DNA of 63,914 bases, filler included, from Psammoneis japonica (taxonomy: Eukaryota), in NCBI GenBank assembly GCA_008632985.1. It is 4 parts of 4 records of this genome, joined end to end, with 100 filler letters (N's around TTAATTAATTAA, not from the genome) between each part and the next. Parts side by side here need not be neighbours in the genome. Positions count along the whole stretch, not along the records: positions 20,701 to 41,081 come from QPGO01000449.1; 3 more parts are not named here. One strand, written 5' to 3'. The notes below the pieces were generated by a model, which worked only from the letters and a program-made list of their open reading frames with translations, had not been told where the DNA came from and ran no database searches. Numbering within the stretch: the first letter of the stretch is position 1; each line of letters begins with the position of its first letter. A program made the translations under genes and the position numbers. Shown here piece after piece: positions 25,901 through 40,100 of this stretch.

Positions 25901-26791
25901 TGGGCGAAGGAAATTAGCTTGGCGGTTGCGTCTTTTTCACGCTTGTGCACATGTTGTGACGACGATCCCTCTGCAGCTTCGGTTGAGGAGTTAGTTTGTT
26001 CCGACAAGGACCCGGCAATGGCATAGATGGAATTTGCCACAGCCACCACCACCACTTGTCCACCACAGGTGATTTGCATGGCATCCTGACCACTGCGACA
26101 TCCCGGAGACGGCAACGTAATTTGATCAAAGGAAACATGTCGTTTGCGTCGTTTGGTGGCGCCGGCTTCTTCCAAAATCTCGGGAGCAAGTGTTGCCAAA
26201 TTCCAACCCGCTGCATAGACTAAACCACACTTGGGGTGATAGGCTGCACACGACATGCGTGGCAAGGACGTTCCGCTACCAATGGTAGTAAAATTGCCGT
26301 GTCGTAAGGATACCAAGTGCGCTGCAAAGGATCCTGATGATTTCGTCGTTGCGGTCTCGACCGCTGTCCACCAAAAGTAAAAACAGTGGATGACTTGCTG
26401 TTGCTGTAGAAACGTAAATGACCGCCACAATCGATCCCGGTGTAGCGGCTTGAAGGTCTACCGGTAAATAGCTCTTGGGTATGTTTCGATTGGACGAAGT
26501 TGATGAAGGCATTCCCAGCGCTTGTTGTGGTTGATTCCAAGCCGCCGATCGGCTGAGCGAATGCGACCGTCGTTCCGGAGGAGCGTAGGTGCGGTAGTGC
26601 AACGAGCCACGTTCTGTTCCATAGACGACGCTGTGTTGCAAAGAACGACTCGAGGCCGAGGCGGCATCAAAGGGATTGGTCGAGGACGATGCATCGGCTG
26701 ACGGGCCGTAGGCAGAGTTTGGTGCGGCAAACACACAGAGCGACTGCGGAGAAGCCGAGGCACGCAAGTCCCATGTTGCTTCAATCGACAT
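22958..26791 (-). CDS. Vps39/Vam6/TGFBRAP1-like vacuolar tethering protein
   Basis: LLGRLDRHDDALRILYCDLRSLDLALEYCD motif. Intron 25373-25446 joins PDTAQ|DLADRMM in frame. One apparent frameshift near 26350. Normal TpA/CpG content. Confidence 0.75.
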
Positions 26792-27739
26792 TTTGTTTCT
26801 GTGACTTGCAAGTATATATGCAAGAAGTTGATGCGCTGCTATTGCTGCATTTCAAAAGCGTAGCAACGTTCTTAGCTAGACGGGAATGATGAAGAGGTTA
26901 TTGTGATGCTCGTTCTGCAAAGATCGGGGATGTGTGCGAGGTTGAATAAGAGTAATTCAGGATTTGATTAATGAATAAATTCTTGTTAGAATAGAAAATT
27001 TAGTGAAGAAATTTTGCGTTTTCTTATTTACCGTATCCACATGTCCACTCCAAAATTTTTCCAGTCGCAGCAACAACCACAACAGCACCATCAACCGATG
27101 CATTTTGCACAACTCTTGCATGCACAACAAGAGTTGCAAAAGGGGCGGGGGCCTGTTCAAAGTGCACAACCGGGCGTCGAGAGGGAATGTATTCTCAACG
27201 CAGCTCTTCGCCACAGCATCATCTTGTGAAAGACAAACGCCGTTCTCCTCGCGGAATCCGATCGTGCTTCACTTTTTCATCACAGGTGATGTTGATTACT
27301 TATCTAGGTATATAGATAAGGATGTACAATATAAAGAGATTCTTTATGAGTACAGTCATGACGTGCAAAAGGCAGGGAAAACGGATTGGAGTGTTTGCCC
27401 ACCCAAATCGCGCATCTTTCGCCGCATCTTAGATGCAAAATTTTACAGTCAGCGGCAATCCATGCGCGCCATGTCAGCGCCGTCTTTTTCAGCTGACACA
27501 TGAGAGCAACACGCACTGCCTTTGCTTCTTCACCAAAACCTGCACGGTGCAGCTGGAAGAACCAACAAAGAAAGGAAAAAGATGCAACAAAAGTGGTGGC
27601 ATGGACATGCCACAAGGTTGCTTTGCCACGATGTGGCTCCGCAGGGAAGGGCTCTCGTCAAAGGTCGCAGCAGCAGCAGCGGCAGCAGCGCCCCTGGGTC
27701 ATGCTGCCCTTCCGCTCAGGGGGCGAGTGTTGTTTTTTA

Positions 27740-30700
27740 AAACTTCTCATGTGGTGGGTTGTCCACCAGCTGACAAATCCCCTCTTCTTGCACTTTCATT
27801 TCAAAGCTTGGGTCAACGTTGCCCAGCGTTGTCACTCCGGTGCCACAAAGCGAACTCCCTTGAGTTTGCGCACATTGTGGACGACCAATTTAAAAATGAC
27901 AAACCGCAAGAGCTGTCTCCCCAAATCCCTGTGTGCAACTTTTCTCTTCAGCTGCAGCAGGGCTTGTTTGATGACTCTCTTTTTGCAAATCTTTCCAATC
28001 TTGATGTTTCTCCAGAGTCGCGCTGCTCTCAGGTCCTCTCCAGCGAGTGCACGCTGGACGAAAATGGTGACTGGCAACTTTGTGATGACACAGAAATGAA
28101 GGACAGAGAAGCTTGCAGCAACAGTTTGCACAGCTGTTGTGCTCTCGCTCTCCCAGGATCTTTTCATGTGTTTGTTGTGTGCACTGTGCCCACAAAACTG
28201 GGAAAGGACAGGTTGCACCTCATTCGACAGAGCCACTTGTTTTCTCCATGACTCTCATCAAAGCAGGTGCCTGCAGGCATTTTGAAGCATGGCACCCTCT
28301 TTGCTTTGTTTCAAAATTCACTGGCTGCAAAACAAAAAACACTGTTTTGGGGACAAACATCAGAAACTGTTGCTGCGCTCCATCTGTCATTCTCGCGTCC
28401 GCAATTGAAGTGTGCAAGAATTGCCGCCGATGTGCCGAGTCCAACCAGGAGATCAGTGCTGTCTCAAGCATGTGGTTGCCAACAGCATCACTTCAATGGC
28501 AATGCTGTTTGCACAGCACAAGTCACCAACCATGTTTTGGGATGCGAAAACACCTGCTGCATTGGCGATGCTTGTCACATGTCCTGGACATGCAGCAACG
28601 AACTGCTGCATTGCTGCAAGTTTTTTCTCAGGAAGTGATGGAGTGTCTCGCCATTGCAGCCCTTGGACCACCACCCAGTTCCACCAACAGTGCATGGCAT
28701 TTGTGCATTGAGTCAAAAATGCACACAGGGATTTCCAAGTCAAAAGCCAAATCAATTCATTCCATGGCAGCATGCAGCACTGTTGTTCAGCGCATGAAGA
28801 TTTGTGCCCCCACACACTTCACAAGGCATTTGGCTGACACATGGTGGACAACACATTCTTTCCTCTGTGGATGGGCAATGACAGTGAGGGGGGTGTTTTT
28901 GGTTCTGCACTGCCCAACCCAATGCATGTTTTCCAAGGCAACACAGTTTCTCAAATGCTCTCCGTCATTGTTGATGAATTGCCTGACTCTGCCAAAGGCC
29001 AACTGAATGATTTGGCCAATTGCACATTTGGATCTCAGTGGTGCAGACCAGGGCAGAGTTCTGACTTTCCACTGGTCATCCTGCACAATGGTTTTTGCAC
29101 CTTGTCTGGTTTGACCTGTGACCAAAAGATGGGAAGCTGTTTGTGCTTGTGCTGATGGGTCAGACTGAGGAGGGACACAGCACACTCTGCCGTCTTTATT
29201 GCCATCCTCATTTTGACAGGAAAAAAAAAAAGCTGGCCTCCCAGTTCAACAAAGATCCTCCTGAAAACAACTGCAATTACAAAGACAAAGACAACAATGG
29301 TTGTGCACATGAAGAAGGGGAAAAAGAAGCCAACAATCCTGATGAGGCCATCCAAGATGACAACAAGTCTGCCTGTGAATCCAACAATCACCAACAAAAT
29401 CCACATGAGGACAAAGAAGAGAATGGCGCAGATAAAGAATCTCCCTTGGCCACCTCCACAGATGGATCTTCTTTCTCTAATTTGAACAAGCCCCGTGTGA
29501 ACAAAGAATGTGATCCTGCCAACCCCATTTACAACAAATTCCTGGAGAATCAATGTTGCCATCATGGCTTGTTGCACATTTGTCCTTGCACTTCAGAGCT
29601 GGCCACCACTCAAGCCCACTTGTGCCATGACATTGTGTGGATCCAAACAAGAAATGTCAACCTTGACCTGCAACTCTGCACTCCCAATGAAAAGGGTTTT
29701 TTCCGTCACTGAAAGCGTGAGACGACATGCAGACTGACGTCCGAACCTTCACTCACAGGCAACTGACCATGACCAATGGTTTCTTTGCTCTGACATTGAA
29801 AAAGACTTGCCTCTTTCATTCTGCAACAGACCAAACAGCATGGACCTCCAGCCTGTGTGTTGTTCAGCAGACTGTGATGATGTGGAGCATCTGTTGCTGT
29901 TGCTCAACAAGCTGTTGTTGTTCCACTCCTCTCACAGCTGCAGTTCTTCCTCACTCACATGCACCAATTAAGTTGATCTCAAATGCCACCTTGTTCTTCT
30001 AATGTTTGAGCTGTGCAGCCTGATCAATCATGTTGAGGGCATGCATGGGTGGAAAACTTCAAAATTCCACAATCTGCTTCACTTGATTGTTGCTCTTTGT
30101 TGCTTGGGCATCTTCTCTGGATGGGATGCTGCCACTGCTGAATTTGGTCTTAAGAAATGGGCTGAGCTTCCAAGCTGCACATGCCAAGCCTCACATGGTG
30201 AAGAGGAGTTCACTCATCAGCTTGCCAGCCAACTGCACGGGCAGACTCTGTTCATTGGCCATGCCAATGGAACAAATGCATTGCAGCCAAGTTCAAAATT
30301 ACATGATGACTTGGCTCATGCACTTTTGCAGTCAACCACATTGAAAAAACCTGCTGCAAATGCACAGGGAACTTAGAGTTAAAAGGGATCAAAGAGCCTG
30401 CTTGGAGGAGGATGTTGTTGAGTTTTTGTGCCAATGAAGCCAGTGGGGCACAAAGCGGAGGCATGTTGCAGTGCCACTCTGAGTTGAGTCTAAAGGCAGA
30501 ACACAAACTTGTGATTCTGTGCCCATCCGAATTGCCACAAGGCTGGGCAATGGAATGACTTTGCTTGGGTTGCATGCTGAAACAATGATGGAATGGATGC
30601 CTCAATCCCAATGCAACTGCATGGGTTTCTTCTGAGTGACAATGGAGAAGAGGTTGTGGCATTTGAATGAACATGCAAAACACAAAGTGAGGAGGAAAAG

Positions 30701-31210
30701 AAAAGTGCCAAGAATGCTTTGTTGCAGCATTGGTGAATGGAGGGCATGTCACCAAAAAATGAACCTTTTGCTGTTCTAAAAAAACATGCTTGTTGGTGGT
30801 GGGTTCAGCACAGTCTTGCTGAAGACAGTGCTGATGGACAATCAGAAGAAAGGAAAGAAAGGTCACAAAAAAAGCACAGTGGACAGCAGAAAGTTGCCAA
30901 TTTGTCTTTGTCAGGCACTGTGTTGCACAGTGTGAGTTGTCAGACAAAAAGACATTGTTTGTCATGGACATGAAGGATGAGTGGCTGGAAATCTTTTTTG
31001 ATGGTCGTTTGCACTCTGCAGGCAGGAGTGTGTGCAAAGTGTGACAAATTGTTCAAAATGTTGTTCGTCCAGTCACATGATCTTTCCAAATTTTGCCAAA
31101 AATTCTTTTCAGAAACTCTCCAAGTTGGAGTGCAACCACACACTCTCTGGATCCATTGTGTGGTTGCATTTTGCAATGAGTTCCTTCAGCTTGCACCATT
31201 TGTTGACTGA
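27740..31210 (+). mobile_element. Plavaka-like (CMC-related) transposase, decayed
   Basis: KTG...STEPLVFSMTLI...AWHPLCFV; NTFFPLWMG...GVFGSALPNPMHVFQG; GWKTSKFHNLLHL...WDAATAEFGLKKWAELP. Confidence 0.65.
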
Positions 31211-34200
31211 AAAGAACTTGATTCCATTTTTGAATCTGTGTGTCCTTGCTGTGGCAGTGCACAACTCCTTGTGTCACATGGGCAAGAAGATTGTGCCATC
31301 TCCGTGCAAAAAAAAAAAAAAGGTCCTCTTTGAGACCATGATTCTTCAAACAATGCAGGCAGCAAGATGGCTGGTCCATGCAGGCCATGGATGCCAACAT
31401 TTTGTTTGCACGCATTGCTCTCCGTGCATCTTCACACATTTTCTGAGCATCAGCGATGTCGACACTGCTGCCCAATTCAATGGAGCTAATGTTCACTGTG
31501 GCTCCAACCAGGCAGCAACAGAAACCATTCTTTTCATCTTCATTTAAAGCATCACAAGCAGTGTTCTCTGCCAGACAATCTCCAAGGCAGCCAAAAAGTT
31601 GGACATGCACAGTGCCTTGCATGCTGCCCAGCTGAACTGATTTCCCAATTTCTTCTGGCAAATCCATTTCCTTTTGTTTGGTTGCATTTGTTGTCAATTG
31701 ATGAGCTGTGTCCTTCTCTTGCTCTGTCAAGTTTGGGTCATGCAGAACATGGTCTTGCTCTCCAAAAGCGAACTGAATGATGTGGGTGGTCCTTTTGTCT
31801 TGGGGCTGCTGTTGCACAGGCTTTTGTCACAGTTCTGCCACCTGGGATGGAGGGAACTCACTCCCAGCATTGGAAGTCTGTTGGGAGGAACTGTGAACTT
31901 TGTCAGGGTTTCCCCCACATTTGACTTCTTTCACCATTTGCAGCAGGCACTTGCACAACTTGCCTCCACATTCTCTGACAAAGCAAAGATGACACTTGCC
32001 TTTGCGGGCATGGATGTTGCAGTTGGCACTGTCCTCATGAGAAGTGGAGTGCCATTGAACTCCATTGACACAAATGCTTTGTGCTCTGTTGCATGTCACA
32101 AATTTACTTTTCCATCACAGGAATCACAAAAGAGGATCCAGCACAGCCACGCCATGCACTTGAGCATGATGGATTGAGTCTTGCCCTCTTTCATCATAGT
32201 GCACATTCCCTCACTGCAATCTGCCATTGCATTCATGTCCACCGTGGATGGCATCTTTTGTGTTGCATCAGAAATTTCTTCCTTGTTGCACAGAGTGTGC
32301 AGATCAATCATCTTCAAGTGTTCCTTCAGCACCTTTGTGAGTGACTCAGCATGAGGGCAGTCTACATTTAACTCCAGCTCATTCAACCAGCTGTCCACAA
32401 TCCACCGTGTGTGTGTGCCAAGTGGGCAAAGTGTCTGTTTGCAACTGGCACAGATTTCTTGACCAGCTTGGTGATGTTCTTTTCTGAAAGATGCAGTGTC
32501 CAGTCTTTGACCAAAAAGGAGGGTGGCCGTGATGTGATTGTGATTCTTTTCTTTTCCATTGCTTGCATCTAAATGAAAAGTGGCAGCACCTGTCAGCAAA
32601 GTGGTGTGTGCATGGAACTCCCTGAGAGCAGCCCACAGTTCGTTGGGGCAGTTCAGCCATTTTTTGCATTTCTCAGAGACCTTGCATCTCATGGCATTTG
32701 TTGCACCCTGCTGCGATGTTGGTGTTCCATCCAGCATTCCTTTGCAAACACCATGGACAACCATTGCAGACAGCTGCAGTGCCCACTGCCGCATGTGGGC
32801 AGAAGCTTGGTTGGGTGCTCCTGGAGGACAGCATGGCATGGCCACTCCAATGCCACCACTTCTGATCCATTCCCCCCAGGCCATGTTGATGCCAGTGTCA
32901 ATGGAGCAGAACTTTCTGCATTTGTCTGCTTTGGAAAGGGTGACAAACTCACCCCCCCAAGACCATTTCACAAACCATTCTCAATGGTGCTGGAGGTTTG
33001 GGATGGCAGGTCTCATCCTGCAATTTGCTTTGGCAGTTGCAGCATTTGAAATGCGTGTCTGCTGTCATTGTCAGCATTGATCCCACCCACTGCATTGTTT
33101 TCATTGATGACAATGGGGTCGTGGGGCTGCAATCCTGAGTGCGGATATGCAAGCATTTTGACAGCACACAAACATCACCATGTGGGTCCAAATCCAGATT
33201 TGTTGCCAACTCCATTCCCGTTGCTGCATGCCAGTTTGTGTCAGCAAAGATGGAGCTGCGTTTGAATCTGGCACCCTTCCTTTTTCTCAACAAACAACAA
33301 CTGGTCTTTCCAGGATTTTTTGATCTTGTTCAAATTCATCAGATCAAAGTCTGGAAACAACTGTGCTTGTGTTTTGTTGATGTCCATTGGGGACAACAAG
33401 GCAGTTCCCCAGTGCTTGCTGTTTTTGCCATTCAGAGAGTCCAAAGGTTGATGCTTGTCCACCCAACCATTGAAATTTTTCTCCTTGACAGGTTGGCTTT
33501 GTTCTTTCCCTTGTCTTTCACTGGGTTTTACCACAGAGACAGCCACAGTTAGCATCTGGTGCCTCCAAGGCTTTGTCTGGAATGGGGTCAGCATCTGCAA
33601 GAGACTTGGTGGTCCGTGCCTTGTGCAGTGGGCATTTGACTGCACATGGGACAGACAGCACAGCTTTCCAGATGTCCACACAAACATTGCATGCAAATCT
33701 TGCTGCCAATGCTCTCATCCAGTCTCATGCAGTTGGCAACCTCACAAGCACCATCATCAGGTGACTTCTTCCATGTGCAATGAGTGCAATGAAACTTGTT
33801 TTGCCCATGTTGGCAGGACAAGTTCCAACCAGTTTGTGTTTGTTGTCACACACCACCCCTTTCATCTGAAAACAATCAGTGGACAAATGGTCAGAATCAG
33901 CTGATGACAACAGCAAGGTGACAAGTGTGCAAATGTGAGCCAACCTCTGACAACGTAAATCCAAATTTTTCGCTCTGGTGGAAGATGTCTCCTTCCTTTC
34001 CATGGGGTTCCAGTGGCAGCACCACTTTTGGATAAAAGAGAGGCATTTCATCCTCCCATTGATCTTGGCACAGGTGTCTGACAATTGAGACTTTGCCAAC
34101 CACTTGCCAGTTTTCAAACAATTCCTTGGCAACCTGCAAGTTCATTGGCAAATGGACATTTCCAATGTCTGACAGCTTTTGACAGAATCGGGTCAAGGAT

Positions 34201-34940
34201 TGAAGAAAGAATTTGTCAAAATCCTGCAATTGAAACAACCATTGTGCATGCAGACAATGTCCATTGAGATGGAGTTGCAGATGCATTAATTGGCAGTCCA
34301 GTTCTTTACAGTGTGGACATTGAAACTGGCCTTGACTGGCACTTTACAACATGCCATGTCTCAACGATCCTGAATGCATTCATCAGTGGTCATGTCACCA
34401 AACACGGCGCCAATGACCAATGCATTTTTGGTGACATTGGTTTGTTCCTCTCTAGCAAAGATTTTTGCACCCTCTGCCAGAGCATTGCAAAGCCCACTCA
34501 ATTCTTGCAAGTGACCAAAATCATGGTTGTCCAACTCTGCTTGATTGGAAAAGAGGGGTTCATCATAACAGATGTTTCCCAACTCTTCTCCTGGCATTTG
34601 TTGGACAGCATCATTGCTGATGGAAGCTGTGCCATCACAACCACTGACATTGTCTGGGACAGTGTCATCAACAGCAGCACCTTCACTGCCCCAGGTGCTT
34701 TGTTTGCCCTCATCAGCAGTGCTGCAGAATGGCAAGGCATGAGACAAGCTTCCTTTCCCAAACCAATCTAAATGGGAGCAAAGCTCTGCAGACATCTCAT
34801 TGGGTGATTCAACCAACAGTCCTTCCACACAAGAACCAACCAGAAGAACAGCCCATCTCTTCAGTGGATCCACACTTTTCCTCCCTGTCTGGATCATGGC
34901 CACTCTTCCTTTTGCAACGTGGAGCAGATCTCCTTGCACT
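31200..34940 (-). pseudogene. Second candidate TET/JBP-like plus HhH-like gene, convergent with the Plavaka-like transposase
   Basis: FHLDASN (HLDASN at 32558-32575), GTHTRWIVDSW (~32388-32420; H likely from Y), LGSMQGTVHVQLFGCLG, ACMDQPSC and KEDLFFF. Same motif order as the 4870-6993 gene. Confidence 0.35.
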
Positions 34941-36589
34941 TGCCTCTCTCAGTTTGGATGCCTGTGATGACAATTTGTCTGCCACCTGCCACCACAATGC
35001 AAATGACCGACATTGATTTGGGAAACAAAAGGAATGCTGACAGAGTGTTCTTGGCCAAATGACCAAAGCTTGACCAGCAGGAAGTGTGCTGAGAAATCCA
35101 TCCATGTCAAGTTGTTGGAAGAGATGCTGTGCATCAGTGGGAGACAATCCAACAGAAGATGCCCTTTTGCACATCAAGTTCCTCTTGCTGATGTGCTGAC
35201 TGGATTGGAAACAAATGCATTGACAAGAGCTTTTGTTGTTTTCCCAATCCAGTCCAATGGGAAGGGGGGGGGGGAGATGAGACTTTAAGTGGCAAGCAGA
35301 AAACAACAACAACATGGTGATGGGCAACAGAAGTTCCAGCATGAAGAAGGTGTGACCTGGCAAGAAGGCTGAGTGATGCAATTCTTGTGTTGTCACTGTG
35401 ACATTGTGGTGTGGGACCATCCCATGCAAGGGAGCACCTGGGACCACCAACCATGTTGCAGCACATGTGTCAATTGATGAAAAATGATCACAAACTGAAG
35501 GGTTGTCAATTTTTGTGACTGTGCATTGAATGCAATCATAAATCAGCAAAACTCAAACAACAGAATGAAAAATGACAATTGAAATTTCGTGCACTGTTCA
35601 GTGACACAGAACACAGAAAGGTGCAGCAGTGAAGGTCATTCATTGCACACAATGAGAGACACACCAACAACATGCCTCAATCATGGCATTTGAGGATGCC
35701 ACATTTTTCCAGTGGGTGAATGATGTGACTGCTGCCCCAAAACTAAAATTTTGAGTTTGGTGAAAGTCAAGACTGCAGCCCCTCTGTGGCAGCAAAAAAC
35801 CACAATCCCAAAAACCAGCTGGATGGCAAAAAAAAACAGCTGCAGAGAACAACATCGCTGAGTCACAAGTGGAGAGATGAACAACAGCAACAGAAAAACT
35901 GTGCCCATGTCACCTGTGCTCTGCTCCTGTTTCCAGCAATGGAAGAGCTGGGTGACCAGACATCCATGGAAAGTCTTATGGACTGCATTTTTTCTCATCT
36001 CAATGTGAAAAATCCATTGAAAATGGATGAAGTGAACAAACAAATGAGGCTGTCACACAACATGTGCTTTGTGACAGGCAGTTGTGGATGACGATGCATG
36101 TGAGGAGAGACAGATTGACACTGGTGATCCCAGGTTTGCTTCAATGCAGAAACACAGGACTGCTGCACTCATGCGAAGGTTGCACAGAGGTCACATTGCA
36201 AATTTCATGTGCTGTTTGGTTTGCACCATGAGCTCAACAAAAGCAGGCTGTGCATTGGCTGTCAAAATTTCAATTGTTGCATCATTGTGGGATGGCTTGA
36301 CTCAAACAAACACAATGCTGCAATGCACAAATTGATGTTGTGAACTGAACCATTTGAAAATTTTGGCATTCAAAAAGAGGAGCAGCAGAAAACAAGAAAG
36401 GCCAATGCCGTGCTGGCAGGTGCGATTGGCCTGTGGTCAATGCTGGAAATGTGAATTGTGGAGCGAGTCACAACACTGTGGGGACACATGAGCAAAAATG
36501 TCAGCACAAAACAATTCATCAGGTGTGGGCATTGTAGTGAGAGCAACACTGAGACAGGTGCAGGATTGACTGCCAACACAGATTGTGTC

Positions 36590-36935
36590 TTTGGTCACAG
36601 TTGGCAACTGTGAAATGGCAGAGATGGGACCTCACAATGTGCAGATTGCAAAGATGTCAATTGTCAGCTCAGAGGCAGCTAAAAGGAAGTTTGTGGATGG
36701 TCAAATCACCAACTGCATCATGATGGCAGTGCGCCCAAAGACCAAGTTTGTGACACACAACAATGTTGAGTTGACTTTTGGCGGCAAAATGCAGACGAAG
36801 GTTTGCAAACACCTCAACATGGCTGACAGTGACTGTGCAGTTTGGTGGGAACAGAGCAATGAGAAGGTGAGGAAAAGACCAAATTTGAGATGAAACAACA
36901 GACAGGAGGTTTTTAGGAAGAAGATGGTTGGTGCA
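36590..36935 (+). pseudogene. Probable transposon accessory ORF fragment
   Basis: ITNCIMMAVRPKTKFVT...WWEQ...VRKRPNLR*NN looks like protein-coding sequence and is hypermutated. Family uncertain. Confidence 0.3.
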
Positions 36936-37141
36936 CATGATGCAGGCAGCATCCAAATGTGAGGGAGAAGAATGCTCACCCATTTGTTCTTGTTTGGCCA
37001 TGACCAGAGACAACAGCCTAGAAACTGTCGACAATGTCAAAAAAGGCAGGGCATTTGTGGGTGCATGGAAGTGCATGCTGCAGAGATGGAAACAGCAAAA
37101 TGGACAACCTGGGAGGTGCCAAAAGACCATTTGCTAAATTG

Positions 37142-40100
37142 TGAGAACTAAAACTGATGCTCCACTTGACAACCAAGGCAACAAGAATTTGCAGAGAAAG
37201 AGAAGTGACTTGCCTTTGCACCCCAAACCCAACACAGATGAATGTGGTGCAAAGACTTGTCCTGAACGAGCAGTTTTTGATCACATGAAAGAAGAAAAGA
37301 AGTGAGGCTCCACTCTTGTTTTGAACCCCTGACCTCCAATCTCATCTGTTTCTTGATCCATGATTGGGTGAGTCGTCAATGATGGTCAATGGCGGTTTCT
37401 GAGCAGTCATTGTAACATGCAGGACTTGGTGTGTGACGACACATGAACACATGTGTTCTCACACTCCCTCACGCCAAAATGTCTGAGTTGTTGCCAGCCC
37501 TGCACAGACAGGCGATGGCAGATGAGTGACGATGGGTCTGGCATTTTTGTCAGGAAGTCTGCTTGCTGGAGTTTGGTGCCAACAGCGTCAATCAGGAGAC
37601 GTCCATTGGCAACTTCAGAGTGGAAATGGTGATGGACATTGTTGACATGATGCGTTCTTGGATGCATCTTGGGCACCTTTGCAATTTTGAGTGCAGCCAA
37701 GTTGTTCTCAAAAGCTTGCAACACAAATGGTTGGCATGGTTGCCACTGGGCAGAACTTCTTGTTCACCTCCTCAAGGAGGTGCACAGATGCTGTGACATG
37801 CCCAGCAGCCACTGAGGAGGCCAGACATTCACTCCCACTGCCACGGAGAGCAAACTGAGTCTGCAGCTTGGATGACCAGCAGAGAGGAGCCCCTCTGCAC
37901 TCAATGACACAGCCGCAGCAAGATTTTGCCATGTTGGGATCCTCAACTGCAATCGTCTTGTCCCAGTTGTGCCCACAAAAGTCAGCATCCACACAGCACT
38001 CAAAGCTCTTGGTGCCATCCAGTGGGACCTGGATGCAGCGTTGTTGCATGTCAGCAAAAGGTGCCGTCCAAGGCATTTGAGGGGCACACCATGGGATTTC
38101 TTTGGATCAGCAGTGAGCCAAGCCAATTGGTGAGTTGCACATGCAACATCAGGGTGAGTGGACTTCTCTAGGAAGCTGACTTTGCCCATGACCAATCGGC
38201 GGTCGAAATCACAATAAAAAGGTTCACCATCAAGATCAGGCCCAATGAGCCTGGTGGAGAAAGCTGGGAGACCCCCTTGTGGTCACCACCTTCTTTGGCG
38301 TGCCATCTTTGTTGACAAGTCCAAGGTCAATGAGGGTGCTGTCAATGAGATGAGGCTGAGCCAAATGACATCGGTCCTTCTCCCTCTGAATCTTGACTCC
38401 AAAATGCTCATCAATGGTTCCTTCATTCTCCACATCAAATGTGGTTTGCATCAGCTGAGTGACCTTGTCAATGTTGGCAGTGGACTCTTTGTCAAAGACA
38501 AGACAATCATCTGTGCAGACCAGGAGGACCGTTGTTCCCTTGTGGAAGATGCATTCATCATGCTCCGATGGCAAGAATCTGATTTGCAACAACCCCGCTT
38601 GGAGGTGTTTGCGCACCAGGCACGTCCACTGTCATGTCCGCCACAAATGTTTTTCTCAATGCAGAGACAGAACTCATTGTGATCAATGCCAGGAAATGTC
38701 ACTCCCTCAGGTGGCTCCATGAATGTTGGTCATGGAATGTCTGCCTGTGGATGTGCACAAGGACAAAATCAACTTGTCTTGAATGCCAGCCATGCACAAT
38801 GCACAGGTGCAGGAACAGTCAGATTGTTGTCCAAGTTGAGGCAGGTGCATGTGTTTGGTCATGGTGTTTTCCTGGGATCTGTTTGTGTCCACCAAGATTG
38901 AGATGACTCTTCCACTTGTGGACCTCCCTTGTGTCAATTTGGTGCTTGCACTTCATTGACCACACTGTCGGCAAGACAGTCTTGTCATTGAGGACATCAG
39001 CTTTCTCACATGACTCCCAATGGAGGAGCATTCTCTGTTGTCACCTGGGGAATTGCCAGAAGCTTCAATTTCAGTCAAGTGGACAAAAGGACATAAAGAT
39101 GCTGCAATTGAGTGCAAGTCTCTGTCCTTGCTAGCCAAATTGAATGTGCGTGCCAACAAGACAGCTGGCCAACATCATGGAAAGTTTCACGGCGATGCAC
39201 TTTGTGCACCAAGAATGCCTCATTGCTCTGCCAACCTCCTTCTCAACAACTCCACCATCGATCCAAGTGCACAAATCAGTTGTGCGTGCAAAGCTTCATG
39301 CCCAGCTCTTGTTCAACACATGAAAGATGGAAGCATGGTTGGTCGAAGAGGTCTTTCAATCCATGGACTGGTTGTCCCACTCTAAACTTGTGTCCAAGAA
39401 CATCCGGAGGAAAGTCAGCACTGCAAAGTTGGTTCAGGACCTGCTCCCCACCAACAAGATTGCACATCATTACAATCCCAACCGTCCCGATGCGTGCACT
39501 CATTGTTCACACCCGATGGAGGACTGGGATCACATCCCAAAGTGTCCCCACAATGAGACATGGCACTGCCAGTTTTTGCAAGGCTTGTGGAAGAAGTGCG
39601 ACAACATTTGCACTTCACCTCCCATGCAAGATCTCCTTCCAGCAGCCATTGAAGCATGGTTCCAAGACAATTGGCACATGCTGACGACCTGCACTGTGGC
39701 ATCACTGACATCCTTCGCCTCCGGATTGGCTGGCGACAGATCTTCAATGGCAGATTCTCAGTGCAAAATGGAACATTGCACAATGGGAGCACCTTTGTAG
39801 CGCAACCCTTCCTTCCGATGCCAAGGAGAACACAAAGAGGTTGGATTGGGCAGCCACTGTTGGAAGCTTCATCTGGACTCAGTGGCGGGAGCTTTGGGAT
39901 CAGCACAATGATGCGGTTCACGGACACAATGCAGAAATGAAGAAATCAGCTCAAAGGAGAGATGCAAAAGCAGAAGCAAATGCCATTTGCCCCAATCAAG
40001 TGACTGCTTGGCAGAGGACAGATCCATGTTGTTTGGTTCTGTGGAAGAACATCTCACTCATTCCACTCGCAGATTGAACAATTGGTTGGAAATGGTGAGA

